Notes: generated from the sequence alone by a model not told the origin. 64,000 bases of DNA from Eledone cirrhosa (GCA_964016885.1 CAXHJY010001532.1:1-64000), one strand, 5' to 3'; numbered from the stretch's first letter, positions 26,090-39,519 are shown. Numbers and translations: made by a program.

Positions 26090-28749
26090 AACTTCAATGG
26101 TCATGTTGGACAGCTCCAGGATGGTTACACTGGGGTACATGGTGGGCACGGTTACGGCTCAAGAAATGAAGAAGGAGTGAGACTTCTTGAATTTTGTGAT
26201 GCAAGTACACTGACTATTTGCAACACAAACTTCCAGAAACATGCCAACCACCTAATAACCTACAAATCTGGCGAGCACATAAGCCAGATTGACTTCTTAC
26301 TAGTTAGGCAGCAGAACAGGCTGATAGTGTCTAATACCAAGGCATACCCTGGGGGAAAATGTACCCCCACAGCATAGGTTAGTCGTTAGTGATATCTCAG
26401 TAAGCAAGAGATGGAATGAGAATGGAATGAGACATACAGAAAGGTGTGGAGAAGAAAGGTCTGGAAGCTAAAAGACCTTTCACTAAAATACAAATTTAGG
26501 AAACCCCTTCAAGCTGTGTGTGACTAAAAAGAAGACGATTTAGAGACGTATGACATAGATAATAACTGGAATTTCTTACATGACAACTTACTGATGGAAC
26601 TTGTGGCTGGAGCAGAGCTCCAACCAGACAGAGAGTGACCTGGTGGTGGAACAGCACAGTAGATAAGGCCATTAGAGACAAAAGACTATCATGGAAGGCT
26701 TGGAAAAAGGGTGGGAGTAGGGAAGAATAAACAGCCGCTAAGAGAGAAGCTAGACGTCAGGTGTACTTAGCACGCAGGGAAGCTGAGAGTAGGAGGTTTG
26801 CCAATGTTCTGCGATGGGAAGATCAGAGGCGTGCAGTGTTCCACATTGCAAAGCAGTGTGTCAATGCAAATCAGGATGTTGTTGGAGATAAATGTGTCCG
26901 AAATGATGCCGGTGTACTTAGTGTCACCAATGATCAGAAAAAGGAGGCCTGGAAATGTCATTATGAGAGACTGATGAATGTGGAGAACGAATGGGAGAGA
27001 GAGAAATTACTCTCAGTAGATCTGACAGAGGGGCCAGCTATTGAGATTGACGAATATAGGGTCCAAGAGGCGATTAAGGAAATGAAAAATGGTAAGGTTA
27101 CTGAACCATCGGGGATAGTTGCTGAGATGCTGAAGGCATCAGGAGACGTAGGCACTAAACTGGTTGCACGCATCATCAATCAGGCTATATATGGTGGTGT
27201 CATACCCAAAGACTGGTGCAGCAGTATTCTCATAAATTGCTACAAAGGTAAAGGGGATGCTCTGGAGAGGAGCAATTATAGGGGTATAAAACTGATGGAT
27301 CAGGTGATGAAAGTGGCAGAAAGGATATTAGCACAACTAATTAGAGAAAGGGTCAAACTAGATGAGATGCAGTTTGGTTTTGTGCCTGGGAAGAGTACAA
27401 CAGATGCCCTCTTCTTGGTGAGACAATTGCAAGAGAGGTTCTTAGAGAAAAATAAGCCACTCTACTTAGCCTTTGTTGACCTAGAGAAGGCCTTTGATAG
27501 GGTACCCCGATCTGTCATCTGGTGGTCCCTAAGGAAGCTAGGTGTTGAGGAATGGCTTGTGAGGAGAGTGCAAACTTTGTACAGAGGTACTCTCAGTAAA
27601 GTGAGGGTAGGAATGGAGTTTAGTGAGGAATTCCAGATACAAGTAGGAGTACATCAAGGTTTGGTCCTCAGCCCGCTCTTATTCATTATAGTCCTCCAAG
27701 CCATAACAGAGGAGTTTAAGACTGGCTGTCCATGGGAACTTCTCTATGCTGACGATCTGGGTCTTATAGCAGAATCAGTAAAGGAGCTAGAGAATAAATT
27801 CTGGCTATGGAAACAGCAGTTGGAAGCAAGAGGACTGAGAGTGAACCTAGCTAAGACAAAAGTGTTGATGAGTAGAAAAGAGGACAAAACTCTGATTCCG
27901 TGAGGGAAATGGCCATGTTCGATATGCAGAAAAGGAACTGGCATAAATTCTATAAAATGCACACAATGCAGATCCTGGGTACACAAGAGATGTAGCGGGA
28001 TAGCAGGCAAACCAACAGGTAGGGAGCAATACGTATGCAGTAGATATACAGGGAAATCAGACAGTAGAAGTCGCATTGATAGACACATTTTTCAAATGCA
28101 GGCGGGTGCTATAGAAGTGGTGGATAGCTTCCGGTACCTAAGAGATCAGATTAGCATGGGAGAGGGTGGGGGTTTCCGAGGCCATAGTATCTAGAATAAG
28201 GCCGGGTTGGAAGAAGTTTAGGGAGCTGCTTCCTCTGCTGACGAAGAAGGGTTTTTCCCTGCGTACGAAAGGCCGGTTATATGATGCCTGTGTGGGAAGC
28301 GCGATGCTGCATGGTGGTGGGACATGAGCGGCAACTGCGGAGGATATGCGACGGCTGGGGAGAGTTGGGCAGGCATGCTCCGTTGGATGTGCAGTGTCAA
28401 TGTGCGTGACCGACCCAGCATGAATGTCTTGAGAGAGAAACTGTGTCTGAGAGGGATAGGGTATGGTGTGCGGGAGGGGAGACTGAGGTGGTGTGGACAT
28501 GTGATGCGCATGGAGGATGACCGATGGGTGAAGAAGTGCCAGGAAATGCCAGCTGAAGGAAGACGTGGTAGAGGTAGACCACGAAAAACATGGGCGGAGG
28601 TGGTGAGAACAGACCTCAGATCGCTGAAGCTCACGGTGGCGATGACGAAGGACCGTGACAAGTGGAGAGATGCTGTACTGAATAAGACCCGTCCCACCCT
28701 TGCAAGCAGAGAAGAGCGGGCGTAAAATGATGATGATAATGATGATGAT
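26090..28749 (+). mobile_element. RTE-clade LINE, 5'-truncated within the APE endonuclease, with RT and (GAT)n tail; several stops
   Basis: FNGHVG, RNEEGVRLLEFC, SQIDFLL (APE); [66 protein letters not shown]; ends cgtaaaatgatgatgat. Confidence 0.93.
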
Positions 28750-28892
28750 ATGTATATATATATATATTTGTATATATATGTATGTATATATATATTTCTA
28801 TATATATGTATGTATATATATATATTTGTATATATATATATATATTTGTATATATATATGTATGTATATATATTTATATGTATATATATATA

Positions 28893-29177
28893 AAACCAAA
28901 CATACACCTCAACGCACTACCCCTACTCCATCCTCCCACTCCTGACAACACCACCCTTTCTCTGTAAAGTTATGTTAGTACCACAACATCCAGTCCACGC
29001 TGTAATGTGGTCGTGTAGGTAACACGGTAAAAAGCTCCCAGTCCACATTGTAAATGTGGTTGGTGTTAGGAAGGGCATCCAGCCGTAGAAAACCTGCAAT
29101 ATAGTCCTATACAAGTGGACAGCTCCCGTCTAACCCATGCTAGCATGGAGGATGGACGTTAAATGATGATGATGATT
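28893..29177 (+). mobile_element. RTE 3'-UTR / SINE-tail fragment homologous to 8210-8560
   Basis: Shares gtaggtaacacggtaaaaa, ggtgttaggaagggcatcc, cccgtc..acccatgc..ggacgttaaa and a (GAT)n end. Confidence 0.75.
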
Positions 29178-29292
29178 TATTTATATATATATATAAATGA
29201 AGTAATTCCGTCGGAAAGGTCCAGGAAAAAAGAGTGCTCTATGTAGGTTACAGAGCTTATTAGTTATGTAATAAACAACATAAGATAATTAT

Positions 29293-29350
29293 TCCGTTTA
29301 CCAGTGGTTTCTTGAAAGCAAACAAATTTGCTTACAGTCATCAGAATGAA
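29293..29350 (-). ncRNA. Minimal type I hammerhead
   Basis: Minus strand: ttcatt-CTGATGA-ctgtaagcaaa tttg tttgctttcaa-GAAA-ccactgg-TA-aacgga; stem I has one mismatch. Confidence 0.65.
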
Positions 29351-29471
29351 AAAATCCTGGTGTATTTATTGAACGTGGATTTGAAAAACAAAAATATAAT
29401 AAATATGAAAGTGAGGCTGGAGGAAGAAGAAAAGGAAAAAACGAATAATAAATATAAAAGTATATAAACAC

Positions 29472-29564
<93 letters not shown>

Positions 29565-29599
29565 ATATAAGATCAAAAGATGGTTAAAAGAGTTCCAAG

Positions 29600-29670
29600 T
29601 ATTTTATTATGCGCATTTCAAAAACAAATATATTCATGGGATGATATTGGCGTTCTCATCAGATAGAATA
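29600..29670 (-). ncRNA. Minimal type I hammerhead
   Basis: Minus strand: tattctat-CTGATGA-gaac...gttttt-GAAA-tgcgca-TA-ataaaata; palindromic stem III ATGCGCAT. Confidence 0.7.
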
Positions 29671-30540
29671 GGGAGACATGATATGAAGCTTAAAAAGCAC
29701 TTGCGAGCAGTGAAGTGTTAAATCAACATATGAAAAATAAAGTGAGATGGATATATGAGATTGGGAAAAAAGGAGGGGGGTAGGAAAAGGTAAGGAAGAG
29801 GAAGAAAGAAAATAAAGGATGAAAGGGGAGGAGTATAAGAAGGGAGGATGAGAGAGGAGGAGAAATGAGTGATAGAGAGAGAGAGAAATAGCATTTATAA
29901 CTGAGAAAACATTGTTTCACAGAGAGAAATTAAAAAACCATTGAAAGATAATAGATAATTTAAAAAGATTTTGAAATTAAAAGTTAATGAGGTTTATGAA
30001 TGGTGATGTTTATGATTAAAGAAAAAGGAATTAAGAATAGTATTTATTTAAGGTTTATATATTGAAGGGTTTATATATATACATATATATACATATATAT
30101 ATATATATCCATACATACACATACACATAAATACACAAACACACACACATTATTTTTACTTCCACATTGACTTTTTACGTTCCACATTATGCACGTTTTT
30201 TTTCCTTTTTCTTTTTTCTTTTCACTTCTTAAACCTTGTTTGTAAATAACATTATTCTTTCTGCACCTTCTGTTTAACATGTGCGACACCACACCAATAC
30301 ATTTCACTATCTTTTGATAATGCATATAAATGCTGAAACCGGTAATAGACAATAATTAAATATATAAATAGATAAATAAATGCCATTGTTAAATAATAAA
30401 TAAATCAACTAATACCTTAACACCTCACACAAAGTAAAACATCTCGTTTTAATCATTTTCTAACCCAGAAAAAAGAGAGAGAGAAACAAAAAAGGAAAAA
30501 AATATTTTTTTCCTCCTCATAATCGTCTCTTTCTCCCTGT

Positions 30541-30580
<40 letters not shown>

Positions 30581-30706
30581 TTCGTGGTTATAAGGGGCTT
30601 AGCTCTGTTTCTCGACCGTTATATCGCGTGACTATCTCCCTCTCCGCCTTTTGGGATTCTTTCTCACGTCGTGTAGACGCGTTCTTGAGACTAGTAAAAT
30701 GAGGTA

Positions 30707-30794
30707 TCCTCTTGATAAGTCGGCAGACCTCGCAAGGACTCTATATCTTTGATATATTGTTTTTGTTTATGCCACGAAACTACGTAGTCGAGGA
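30707..30794 (+). ncRNA. Type I hammerhead, U3-A8 variant
   Basis: tcctc-TTGATAA-gtcggca...tgccac-GAAA-ctacgtag-TC-gagga; palindromic stem III ACTACGTAGT; GUC ending 30789. Confidence 0.78.
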
Positions 30795-31024
30795 ATTTAG
30801 GAGCAGTTTAGGTATGATACATTTTATTACTAATTATATCTAAATGTTTCTTCTCTCTTCATAATGTATTTTTAACTCTGATACTGGTTCAGTCTGGTTC
30901 AACTGAATTGGTCTGTCCCAGTCATTCATTGAGCAACATCGGTGAAGTTGGCACCCTTAACTCACAGTTGGGTGCGGATGCATTCATGTATATATGTGTG
31001 TGTCCGCATGTATCTGTGTGTTTC

Positions 31025-31092
<68 letters not shown>

Positions 31093-31554
31093 TATTGAAA
31101 TTTCCGTAGAAAACAGAAAAGGTCATAGAAGTGAAGAGTGCTCTATGTAACGATATGTGGGTATGACGCAAGACAAATTCAAAACGCGTTATTACTCACA
31201 TGTTGCATCATTTCGACATCCAGAAAAAAGATTTACAACAGCTCTGGTTAGCAGAATATGGGATTTGAAAGACCAAGGTATCCAATATAAATTAGATTGG
31301 TCAATTTTGAACCAATCTAAAGAATATGCAAGAGGAACAAGAAAATGCACGCTCTGCATAAATTAAAAATATTGGATCTTGCAAAATCTTAAATCACCAA
31401 AGACCTGCCTGAACACAAAGACAGAAATTTTCACCAGTTGCCCACATGAAATCACACCTGCTTTCCAGCTCATATAAACTTAACACACTTTCAGATACCT
31501 ATCCTCCATAAACTCTTATTATTCTCTTTATGACTACCCTTTCTGTTTTACTTT

Positions 31555-31640
31555 CATTTTTATTTTTATTTTTATTTTTATTTTTATTTTTATTTTTATT
31601 TTTATTTTTATTTTTATTTTTATTTTTATTTTTATTTTTA

Positions 31641-31671
<31 letters not shown>

Positions 31672-31771
31672 TTTATTTTTATTTTTATTTTTATTTTTAT
31701 TTTTATTTTTATTTTTATTTTTATTTTTATTTTTATTTTTATTTTTATTTTTATTTTTATTTTTATTTTTA
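31555..31771. repeat. (ATTTTT)n hexanucleotide microsatellite
   Basis: Directly visible. Confidence 0.95.
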
Positions 31772-32966
31772 CTTCACATCCACCTATAACCCCCTTTAAT
31801 TCTCTGATTCCCTTACCTAATATCTTCACTTTCCTCTATTTTCTTCACTAACTGATTACACAAGTCACTTGCGTTTTCCACTCCAGATATTTTTTGTTAT
31901 TTCGCAGCCAATCTTATAATTTTATATTTGTACTCACTTATCCACAAGGCTTTTTACACCCTGTATCTAGGTATCTGAGTGCCTTAATGTGTGTATACTT
32001 TCTATATATGTACACGAACGCCTCCGTGTGTGTGCGCGCGTGCGTGTATATATATATATATGTGTATGTGTCTTTATTTCTGTTTTTACATCTATGTTTT
32101 TTGTTTTGTTTTTTCCTCATTTTTTTTTTTACATCCTCATTTTTATGTGTGCATGTAAACAGGTCAATATGCGTGAGTGCATGTATGTGTGTGTGTGTGT
32201 ACGTACCGATTGTATGGATGTGTAATTCTGCGTATGTATATAAGCATGTATATTTTTGTGTGTGTGTGTGTGCGAGTGTGTATACAGTCGCGTGCGTGCG
32301 CGCGTTTAGATATACATGGGGCGAGGCGTATATGCGTATATATGTGCATCCTGTGTGCGTATGTGTGCTTGCATACGCTTTTGTCTGCACGTTTTTGCGT
32401 GTATATATATATTTTTCTTATAGATATACGCTTCTTGTGGATATATGTGTGTGTGTACACGTATACCTTGTTTGTCTTCTTTTCTTTAATTTTTTCTTTC
32501 TAAATTATTGTTCCATTTTTATAAATATATCGAGAACGATACTTTCTTTTTATTATTACACTCCCTTACCTCTTTTACTTCCGCATATAAGTGTACGTGC
32601 GTGTGGGTGTGTTTATACGCGTGTCTTCATATTCTTATAATGTATCTAATACCCTGTTTTTATGTGTACCTGCCAGACAGGGAATCACATCATGTCTGTC
32701 TGTAGTTTACAGATACACAGATACACTAGCCTTAACATATATATTTACACACACTTTTTCACTATACGTACACATTTGTACATACACACGTATGTACATC
32801 TGTGAGCGTATATACATACCTATACACACACCTAACTATATTTCTTGAAAGATTTTTATATATTTCATCTGGCTATTGTAATTCCTTTGTTTATATTTTT
32901 ATATTTATATATAATTTTTTTTTGCTTTTCTTGATGAGACTTTCCAAGTATTTAGCCATGTTTTAT

Positions 32967-33044
32967 ATTGCCTCGTCTGACGAACGAATGAAGACGTTTC
33001 TTTCGCATTCGCCTCATTCGGGAAACCTCTGGTAATGAGGTAAT
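32967..33044 (+). ncRNA. Type I hammerhead (same family as 1297-1374)
   Basis: Stem I attgcctcgt/atgaggtaat (10 bp); CTGACGA; stem II cgaatga/tcattcg; GAAA; acc-tct-ggt; GUA ending 33034. Confidence 0.85.
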
Positions 33045-33066
33045 TATATTGTATTGATTTTTATAC

Positions 33067-33111
<45 letters not shown>

Positions 33112-33115
<4 letters not shown>

Positions 33116-35450
33116 ATCTCTTCGACATTACTATGAGCTCTAGTGATTCCGCCCAAATTACCGATATTGTGGCCCTCTTTCTTCTATTTAACATTAATTC
33201 ATCTTTCCCCCACCTTAAAGGTGGTTTATATCGTGATGACTGTCTCCTTCTTTCCACTAACCTTAGCCTATCAGAAATTGAAAAAAAAAAAAAACTTATT
33301 AGAACTTTCCTCAAAGACTATTACAATCTCACTATTACATTTGAAAACACCAGTAAAATAGTCAATTTCCTAGATATAACTTTAGACTTATCTACGGGTA
33401 TCTACCAACCTTACCATAAACCTAACCAAAACTTACATTACATACACTCACAATCCAATCACCCTAGATCTATCCTTAAAAACCTAGCATATAATATCTC
33501 ACTCAGAATCTCTAACCTTTCATCTAACCAGGATGTATTCGATAAAAATGCGCCCTTTTATAACGAAGCTTTAGCTAGAAGCGGCTTTAGCTAGAGCAAA
33601 TTAGTCTATATAACTTGCACCAATAATACTTCAAACATACAACCCAATATTACCAACAAACACCAAAATGAAAAAGCCACACCTAAATGCCACTCATACT
33701 ACACCCAAAAATACCAACCTAAAACGTAATTTCTCTACTTCTTCTCACATAAAATATAATGACTTACAAAAAACCATTCATCCTAATACTCCAATATATG
33801 TTAACAACATTACTAACAAAATTCCTGGTAATTAGACTAAAAAACCTAAATCAGTTAATCTAACTAAACCTATATATATATTCACTAATAGTAACTCTCT
33901 TAGTAAACATCCTGATACATCGTATAATTATAAAAAATAATATCGAAACCGTAACAGACGGGTTACTTGGTATAATGCTACATTTAATCTACAAATTAAA
34001 GATAATATCTCTAAAAAATGTTTTACTATCCTAGAGAAAAACTTCCCGCCAAACCATAAATACCATCAAATTTTAAATAGATCAACTGTCAAATTTTCCT
34101 ACTTCACTACCAAAAATATACAACAAAATATAAGTGTGTACAACGCATATAAATGTAAAAAAAAACACAAATTTAAAGTAAGATTTAATACCCGCAAACA
34201 TAGTTTTTAAAATGCCGCATTAGCTAATACAACATCCTTGGCTGAAATAATTAATAATTATAGAAAGAAGAATATCGATTACAACCTGACCTGGAGTGTG
34301 CTCAAAAGGGCCACCCCTTATCAAAATAACAGATACGAGTGTAGGTTATGCTCCCAGGAACTTCTTGAAATCATGAAATCTAAGGATATCCTATTAAATA
34401 AGCGACAGGAATTAATTATATCTTGCAATCATAGAATTAGAAGAACCTTCAAATATTATAAACCTAATTAATATACACTTATATTTTACATATTATTATA
34501 ATTATTTTTTTTAATTGAGTCAACATATAATTAGTACTTTACTACAGAGAACTTCATAATTTTATTTCCCTTTTACAGCTCTTTTCCTAAAATTAATACC
34601 TAAAAGTATACCTATAAATTAATTTAATTTCCTGTTATGAATCTAGATTCCTTGTAGTTTATATAAGATTGGTATTTCTCACTACTACATTTATCCCAAA
34701 ATTTTACTTTCCTTCGTTTTTAACAACACTCTTTAATAACATCTAATTCTTATTTATCACATTCATATAAATTAATATAAATTTATCCCTATAAGTATAC
34801 CTATCAATTAATTTAATTTCTTGTCATAGATCTAGATTCCTTGTGGTTTAAATAAGATTGGTATTTCTCACTAATACCCTTACCCTAAAATTTTATTTTC
34901 CTTCGTTTTTAACATTATTCTTCAATAACATCAAATTTTCATGTACCCTTCACTGGCTTGACCTCCTTTCATCCCCAAAGTATTCTTTTCATTCAAAGTA
35001 TTCTTTTCATTCTTTGCACTCCTCTACCCCTAAATTAAATTTCTACTACCACTATTCTATCAACTTGACTTCTAACTACTTTTCTATTGGTCAATTCAAA
35101 ACCTGTTCCCAAACAGACCTTTTATATTAAATCTTTGTTGTTTTTTTTTCTTTTCAATAAAAAAATCTTATCATTTCTGAAGACAGCATGTATATGTGAA
35201 GGTATGTATAATAATTTGTAATATTTTTACATAGGTCTATATGATATACATACCAACACATATACATCCTAGAAACGATCGTAAAATGATGAATTTTTTA
35301 ATATAAGGAACTTGTTCTTTGATTTTATTTCATTGTTTTTATTAATTTATCTTGACTCTGTTTTCCTATGATTTTCATCGAACATTTTTGAATGCATCTT
35401 CTCTTTTCATGATATTTGGATTACATTGAGTTCTTCATACGGATTGGACA
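33112..35450 (+). mobile_element. Decayed Naiad-like PLE (YRDD RT, thumb, partly deleted GIY-YIG, trailer with hammerhead)
   Basis: FDITMSSSDSAQITDIVALF, GLYRDDCL, VNFLDITLDL, YHKPN, SNHP; ORF 34238..34471 WSVLKRATPY..CRLCSQE..LLNKRQE..CNHR. Confidence 0.85.
35170..35290 (+). ncRNA. Hammerhead with very long stem II
   Basis: atcattt-CTGAAGA-(atgtatatgtg/cacatatacat and ggtatgtata/tatacatacc)-GAAA-cgatcg-TA-aaatgat; palindromic stem III ACGATCGT. Confidence 0.85.
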
Positions 35451-35516
35451 CTACCGTATATTTTGGTAGATTTATCTACATATATGTATATATATATATA
35501 TTTATGTATATATGTA

Positions 35517-35917
35517 TCATCATCATCATCATCATCATCATCATTTTACGTCCGCTTTTCCCTGCTTGCAAGGGTGGGACGGAAACTGATTCTGGCTTGA
35601 TTTCTACAGCTGGATGCCCTTCCTAACACCAACCTCATTTACAGTGAGTGCTGGGTGCTTTTTTTTTTCCCTGGCGCCTACATGTCCACTCTACAGTGTG
35701 GGCTGGGTGCTTTTTTGCCATGGCACCACCACGACCACTTTGCACTGGAATGATAGGGTCCCCAGTCCTATCATCTCATTTCTACAGCTGAGTAAACTGG
35801 AGCAATGTGAAATAAAGTGTCTTGCTCAAGGAAACAACACATCACCCGGTCTGAGAATAGAACTCACAACCTTTCAATTGCAAGGCCAATGCTCTAACCA
35901 CTAAGTCATGTGCCTCC
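35517..35917 (-). mobile_element. tRNA-derived SINE, family 1, with RTE-type tail
   Basis: Head gga..tagtggttagagcattggccttgcaa..ggttgtgagttc (A/B-box-like); body ccttgagcaagacacttt; tail cccacccttgcaagcagggaaaagcggacgtaaaa(tga)n. Near-identical copies at 40465-40802 and 55845-56190. Confidence 0.85.
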
Positions 35918-35924
35918 AGCCAAG

Positions 35925-36510
35925 ACATGGTTCCGCTATTAACAAGGTACTGTATGGCTAACTGGCCAGACCTGTCCCGTAATGGTAACACCCAGTTCCA
36001 CACTAATCATGGTTGGTGTTAGGAAAGGCTTCCAACAACCATAAAAGTCCAGTCACAACACAGTCACATTATGAGCAAGGTATGGTGCGGCCAACTGGCC
36101 TGACTTGCCTCATAAATAAGACCGCCCACTCCTACACTCTAAACGTGGTTAGGAAGGGCATCCCGCAACCGTAAAAATCCAACTAAAACACAATCCCGCT
36201 ATAAGCAAGGTATGACATGGCCAACTATTCAGACCCTCATAATAAGTACACCCAGCTCCCAAAATATGGTCCCGCTATAAGCAAGGTATGGCATGGCCAA
36301 CTGGTCAGACCCTCCTCGTAACAGGACCACTCAGTTTCACACTAAACGTGGTTTGTCTTAAGGAGGCCATACAGTTGTAAAAGCATTCAAAATACAGTTC
36401 CACTTGAACAAGGTACAGTGCGGCCAACTGGCCAGACTTGTCTCATAACCTAGATGACTCATCTATTCCATGCAAGCATGGAAAAAATAGATGTTAAATA
36501 GTGATGACGA
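35925..36510 (+). repeat. Degenerate tandem array (~120-bp units, about 5) built from SINE/RTE-tail sequence
   Basis: Recurring caaggta...ggccaactggccagac...taa...cccag...acactaaacgtggtt units, ending in a catgcaagcatggaaaa..gatgttaa..gatgacgatg tail. Confidence 0.7.
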
Positions 36511-38230
36511 TGTCTCTATATTATAGTATGATGGTTTTAATGATAACACTCTCCAGTCCTATCATGTTCCTCACGTCTTCACACCTGGCCTCCTACCAAG
36601 TTGTATCTCAGGACTCTGGTGTTTTAATGCTAGGGGGTCCCCAGTCCTATTATGAAAGGTTTTCTCCTGTACCAGATACCAGCCTGACTCAAGGATCAAC
36701 CCTCAGTTGCTGCTGCTACGTATTTTATTTTTCAGCTGGGTGAATTGTAGAAACGTGAAATGTGTCCACCCTCCCACATCCAGGAATTGAACACACAACC
36801 TTATCACGAGTCCACCACCCTAACCACTAAAGCATGCACCTTCACTATAGCAAGAGGAAGGCTTATATTAGCTAAGTGTTGATAATAGTTGGGAGGAAGG
36901 GAATACATAATCCATGTGTTTCGGTTAATTTTGAAGATAATAAAGAATTTGGAGTAATTTATAAATGTAGCTGAATATTTTCGTTATCAAGTTTAGGGCA
37001 GCGAATTAACATAATCTATAGATCGTAAGACAAAAGCTTATCTGCATTTAGTTACAACTTCTACGTTCTGAGTTGATATCTCACCAAGGTTCATCTTTGC
37101 CTTTCAATCATCTGAGGTCGATAAAATAAAGTACTGGAGTTGGTGTAATCGATTTCTCCTCCTCCTCAAAGTTGCTGACCTCGTGCCTAAATTAGAAAAA
37201 ATGATTAAGCTGATGTTTGGAACATAACTTAACAATGGTTTCTGCATTATATTATGACAGAAAGTTTTAATATATCTATGAGCACTCTAAACCAGGGGCA
37301 GTTGGTATCAAATAGGTTGACCAGAGGAGGAATTATATTGTAAAGTTAACTAATGTTCTGTACTGGGAATATGAGCAAATGGAAGGTTTGGTCTTTGCAA
37401 GGATTGTCTATTTTAGATGTAAAAAAGAATCTGCCTGCATCCTATACACCTAAATAATGGTTTCTGATTTAGGCACAAGGCTAACGATTTGGGGGGAGAG
37501 GGTGGAAATCAATTAAATCGACCCCCATAAGGATGATAGGCAAAGTTAAACTCAGCGAGATTTGAACTCAGAATGTAATGAGACGTAACTATAAGCCAGA
37601 AAAAAGCCCGACACTCTACAGATATTGCCATTCTATCTACCTAAACATCGAAATATTTACACGAACACAGATTTCAACTTTGGACTTTAAGAGTAACATC
37701 TCTTGGTATATTTCTGTCTTATTTTGTGTTGTACAGAAGACGACCAATTATAACAAACCGTAATATATAACTGATACACTATTTCATCAGTCCCGGGAAG
37801 GGTAATAAGTTGCCTCTACACTTGGGTGGAGTTCCACTGAAGTTCAAATATCTTGGGGCCGTTTTCATATATATATATTCAACAGAGAGGTAAAAGGTTC
37901 TGACTCAGAAACATGTTGATTGTTCCTCGGTAGTACTGTTGAACAAACGGTTGACGATTGGCCATGAAGACACAGCATAGCTTTGTCGAGCCGTTTATTA
38001 TTATTTGATATAACCCATGCGTACATATGTATGTATGTATATGTGAGTGTGTGTGTGTGTGCATACTTACATTTATGTATTTGCTATGCCAAAGCGAGAA
38101 ATAAAATTTTAATTTTATTTTTAATTTTCGACAAGGTCAGCCATAACTCTCTCGGTTTGCAAATAAGGCTAATCAGCCGATGTATACTTAAAAAAATACT
38201 ATATATTTTCAACCGTTCAACAGAGTGGTA

Positions 38231-38275
38231 AACAGTTCTGATGAAGGGCGATGACCCAGAAACACGTTGATTGTT
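38231..38275 (+). ncRNA. Minimal hammerhead motif in a ~250-bp duplicated unit (37878-38130 / 38230-38475)
   Basis: aacagtt-CTGATGA-agggcgatgaccca-GAAA-cacg-TT-gattgtt. The upstream copy has stem II deleted but keeps the ACATGT palindrome. Confidence 0.6.
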
Positions 38276-38964
38276 TCTCGATGCCAGTGTTGAACAAACG
38301 GATGGCGATTGGCTATCAAGACACAGCATAGCTTTGTTGGGCCGTTTGCTTGCAAACGAATCGAATATTACCATTATTATTCGATATAACCGATACGTAC
38401 ATATGTATGTGTGTGTATGCATACTTACATTTATGTATCTGGTATGCTAGAGCGAGAAATAAAATTCTAATTATATATATATATGAAAAAAAATCGTTTT
38501 TTACAAAAACAATATAAAAACATTTGATACATAGGTGGAGAAGTTAAAACAACTCAAAATACAGTAATTTATTCGTAAATCAATATCTAATGTAAAAACG
38601 TATTTGGTAATTACTTATGTATGCCCACTCTCGATTTGCATACGGGTATTAGAAATAACTGATAATTAAAAAGGATTAAATCTAGTTATGGGTTTTATAT
38701 TGTTTTTTTCTCCTTTCCTTTTAAAAGGAAATTGAGTTCCGTTTGTTTTTACACGGAGTTTCCTCGTCTTTCAATCGTGAGGTAATTTATAAACGAGAAA
38801 CTGCGTGACACTAACTATGACGAATTACGTCCCTTTAAATTTAAATCTTGCTAGTGATCTCCCTTCGAATTATGGAATTTAATATTTATTCAAATACGTA
38901 GAAAAAGAAAGTAGCATTGCAAAATACTATTAATGCTATAAATGAGAGGAAAGGACAGGCATTA

Positions 38965-39110
38965 TTAGGCGTTACGGCCCTTTATGGTCTGAGTTCAAAT
39001 CCCGCCGAGGTTAACTTTGCCTTTCATCCTTACGGGGTCGATAAAATAAAGTACCAGTAATGTACTGGAATAATTGCTGGCCTTGTGCCAAAAGTAGAAA
39101 CAATTATTAG
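38965..39110 (+). mobile_element. SINE family 2 fragment
   Basis: ctgagttcaaatcccgccgaggttaactttgcctttcatccttacggggtcgataaaataaagtaccag..ccttgtgccaaaagtagaaacaattatt. Other copies at about 36995-37205, 44085-44230(-), 49624-49843, 51081-51267, 58574-58775(-), 59507-59692(-), 61750-61925(-). Confidence 0.8.
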
Positions 39111-39315
39111 GCATTGAAAGAAACAGTATCCTAGACGGGCGCTCTGGAAAACCTGGAACTCAAGGAACAATCAGCTTTTTTCAATAAACTTACATCGGAC
39201 GGGGGACTGCGATTCGCTTCTCCGCAACAACTATTTAAGAATATAATACGTAAAGCAACATTTTGAAATATTTGTTTAGAAAACAAACCTTTCTGTGTAA
39301 TATTTATCATTGTGA

Positions 39316-39357
<42 letters not shown>

Positions 39358-39519
39358 TAAAGAAAACGAAAAATCAGTGATGCATCTGGACTCAATTTAT
39401 TGCGTGTTACAATTGTTTCGCCGGCAGGTAGCTCGAGGCATGGTCCCTGTATGGATCTGGCTGCAGGTTCCTTCAGACACGGGTAATTCGTTCCGAGCAA
39501 ATTATATATATATATATAT

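Larger units (their letters stand above)
31150..33065 (+). mobile_element. Naiad-like PLE 3' fragment (GIY-YIG C-half, microsatellite trailer, terminal hammerhead)
   Basis: YVGMTQDKFKTRYYSHVASF..TTALVSRIWDLK..LDWSIL..CTLCIN*..LNTKTEIFTSCPH; hammerhead at 32967-33044. Confidence 0.75.

Noticed and set aside
27901-27903. In-frame TGA in RTE LINE 2 (and 7771 in LINE 1) as read-through
   Set aside because: The stops fall at non-homologous positions and align with Ser, Leu or Trp codons in the other copy; ordinary decay.
30308-30348. TTGATAA-tgcat/atgct-GAAA-ccgg-TA motif
   Set aside because: Core and stems II/III fit but stem I pairs poorly; counted only as weak.
39403-39481. Minus-strand motif cgtgt-CTGAAGG...GAAA-caattg-TA-acacg
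   Set aside because: A9 is changed to G and stem II is not clearly paired; probably a dead hammerhead.
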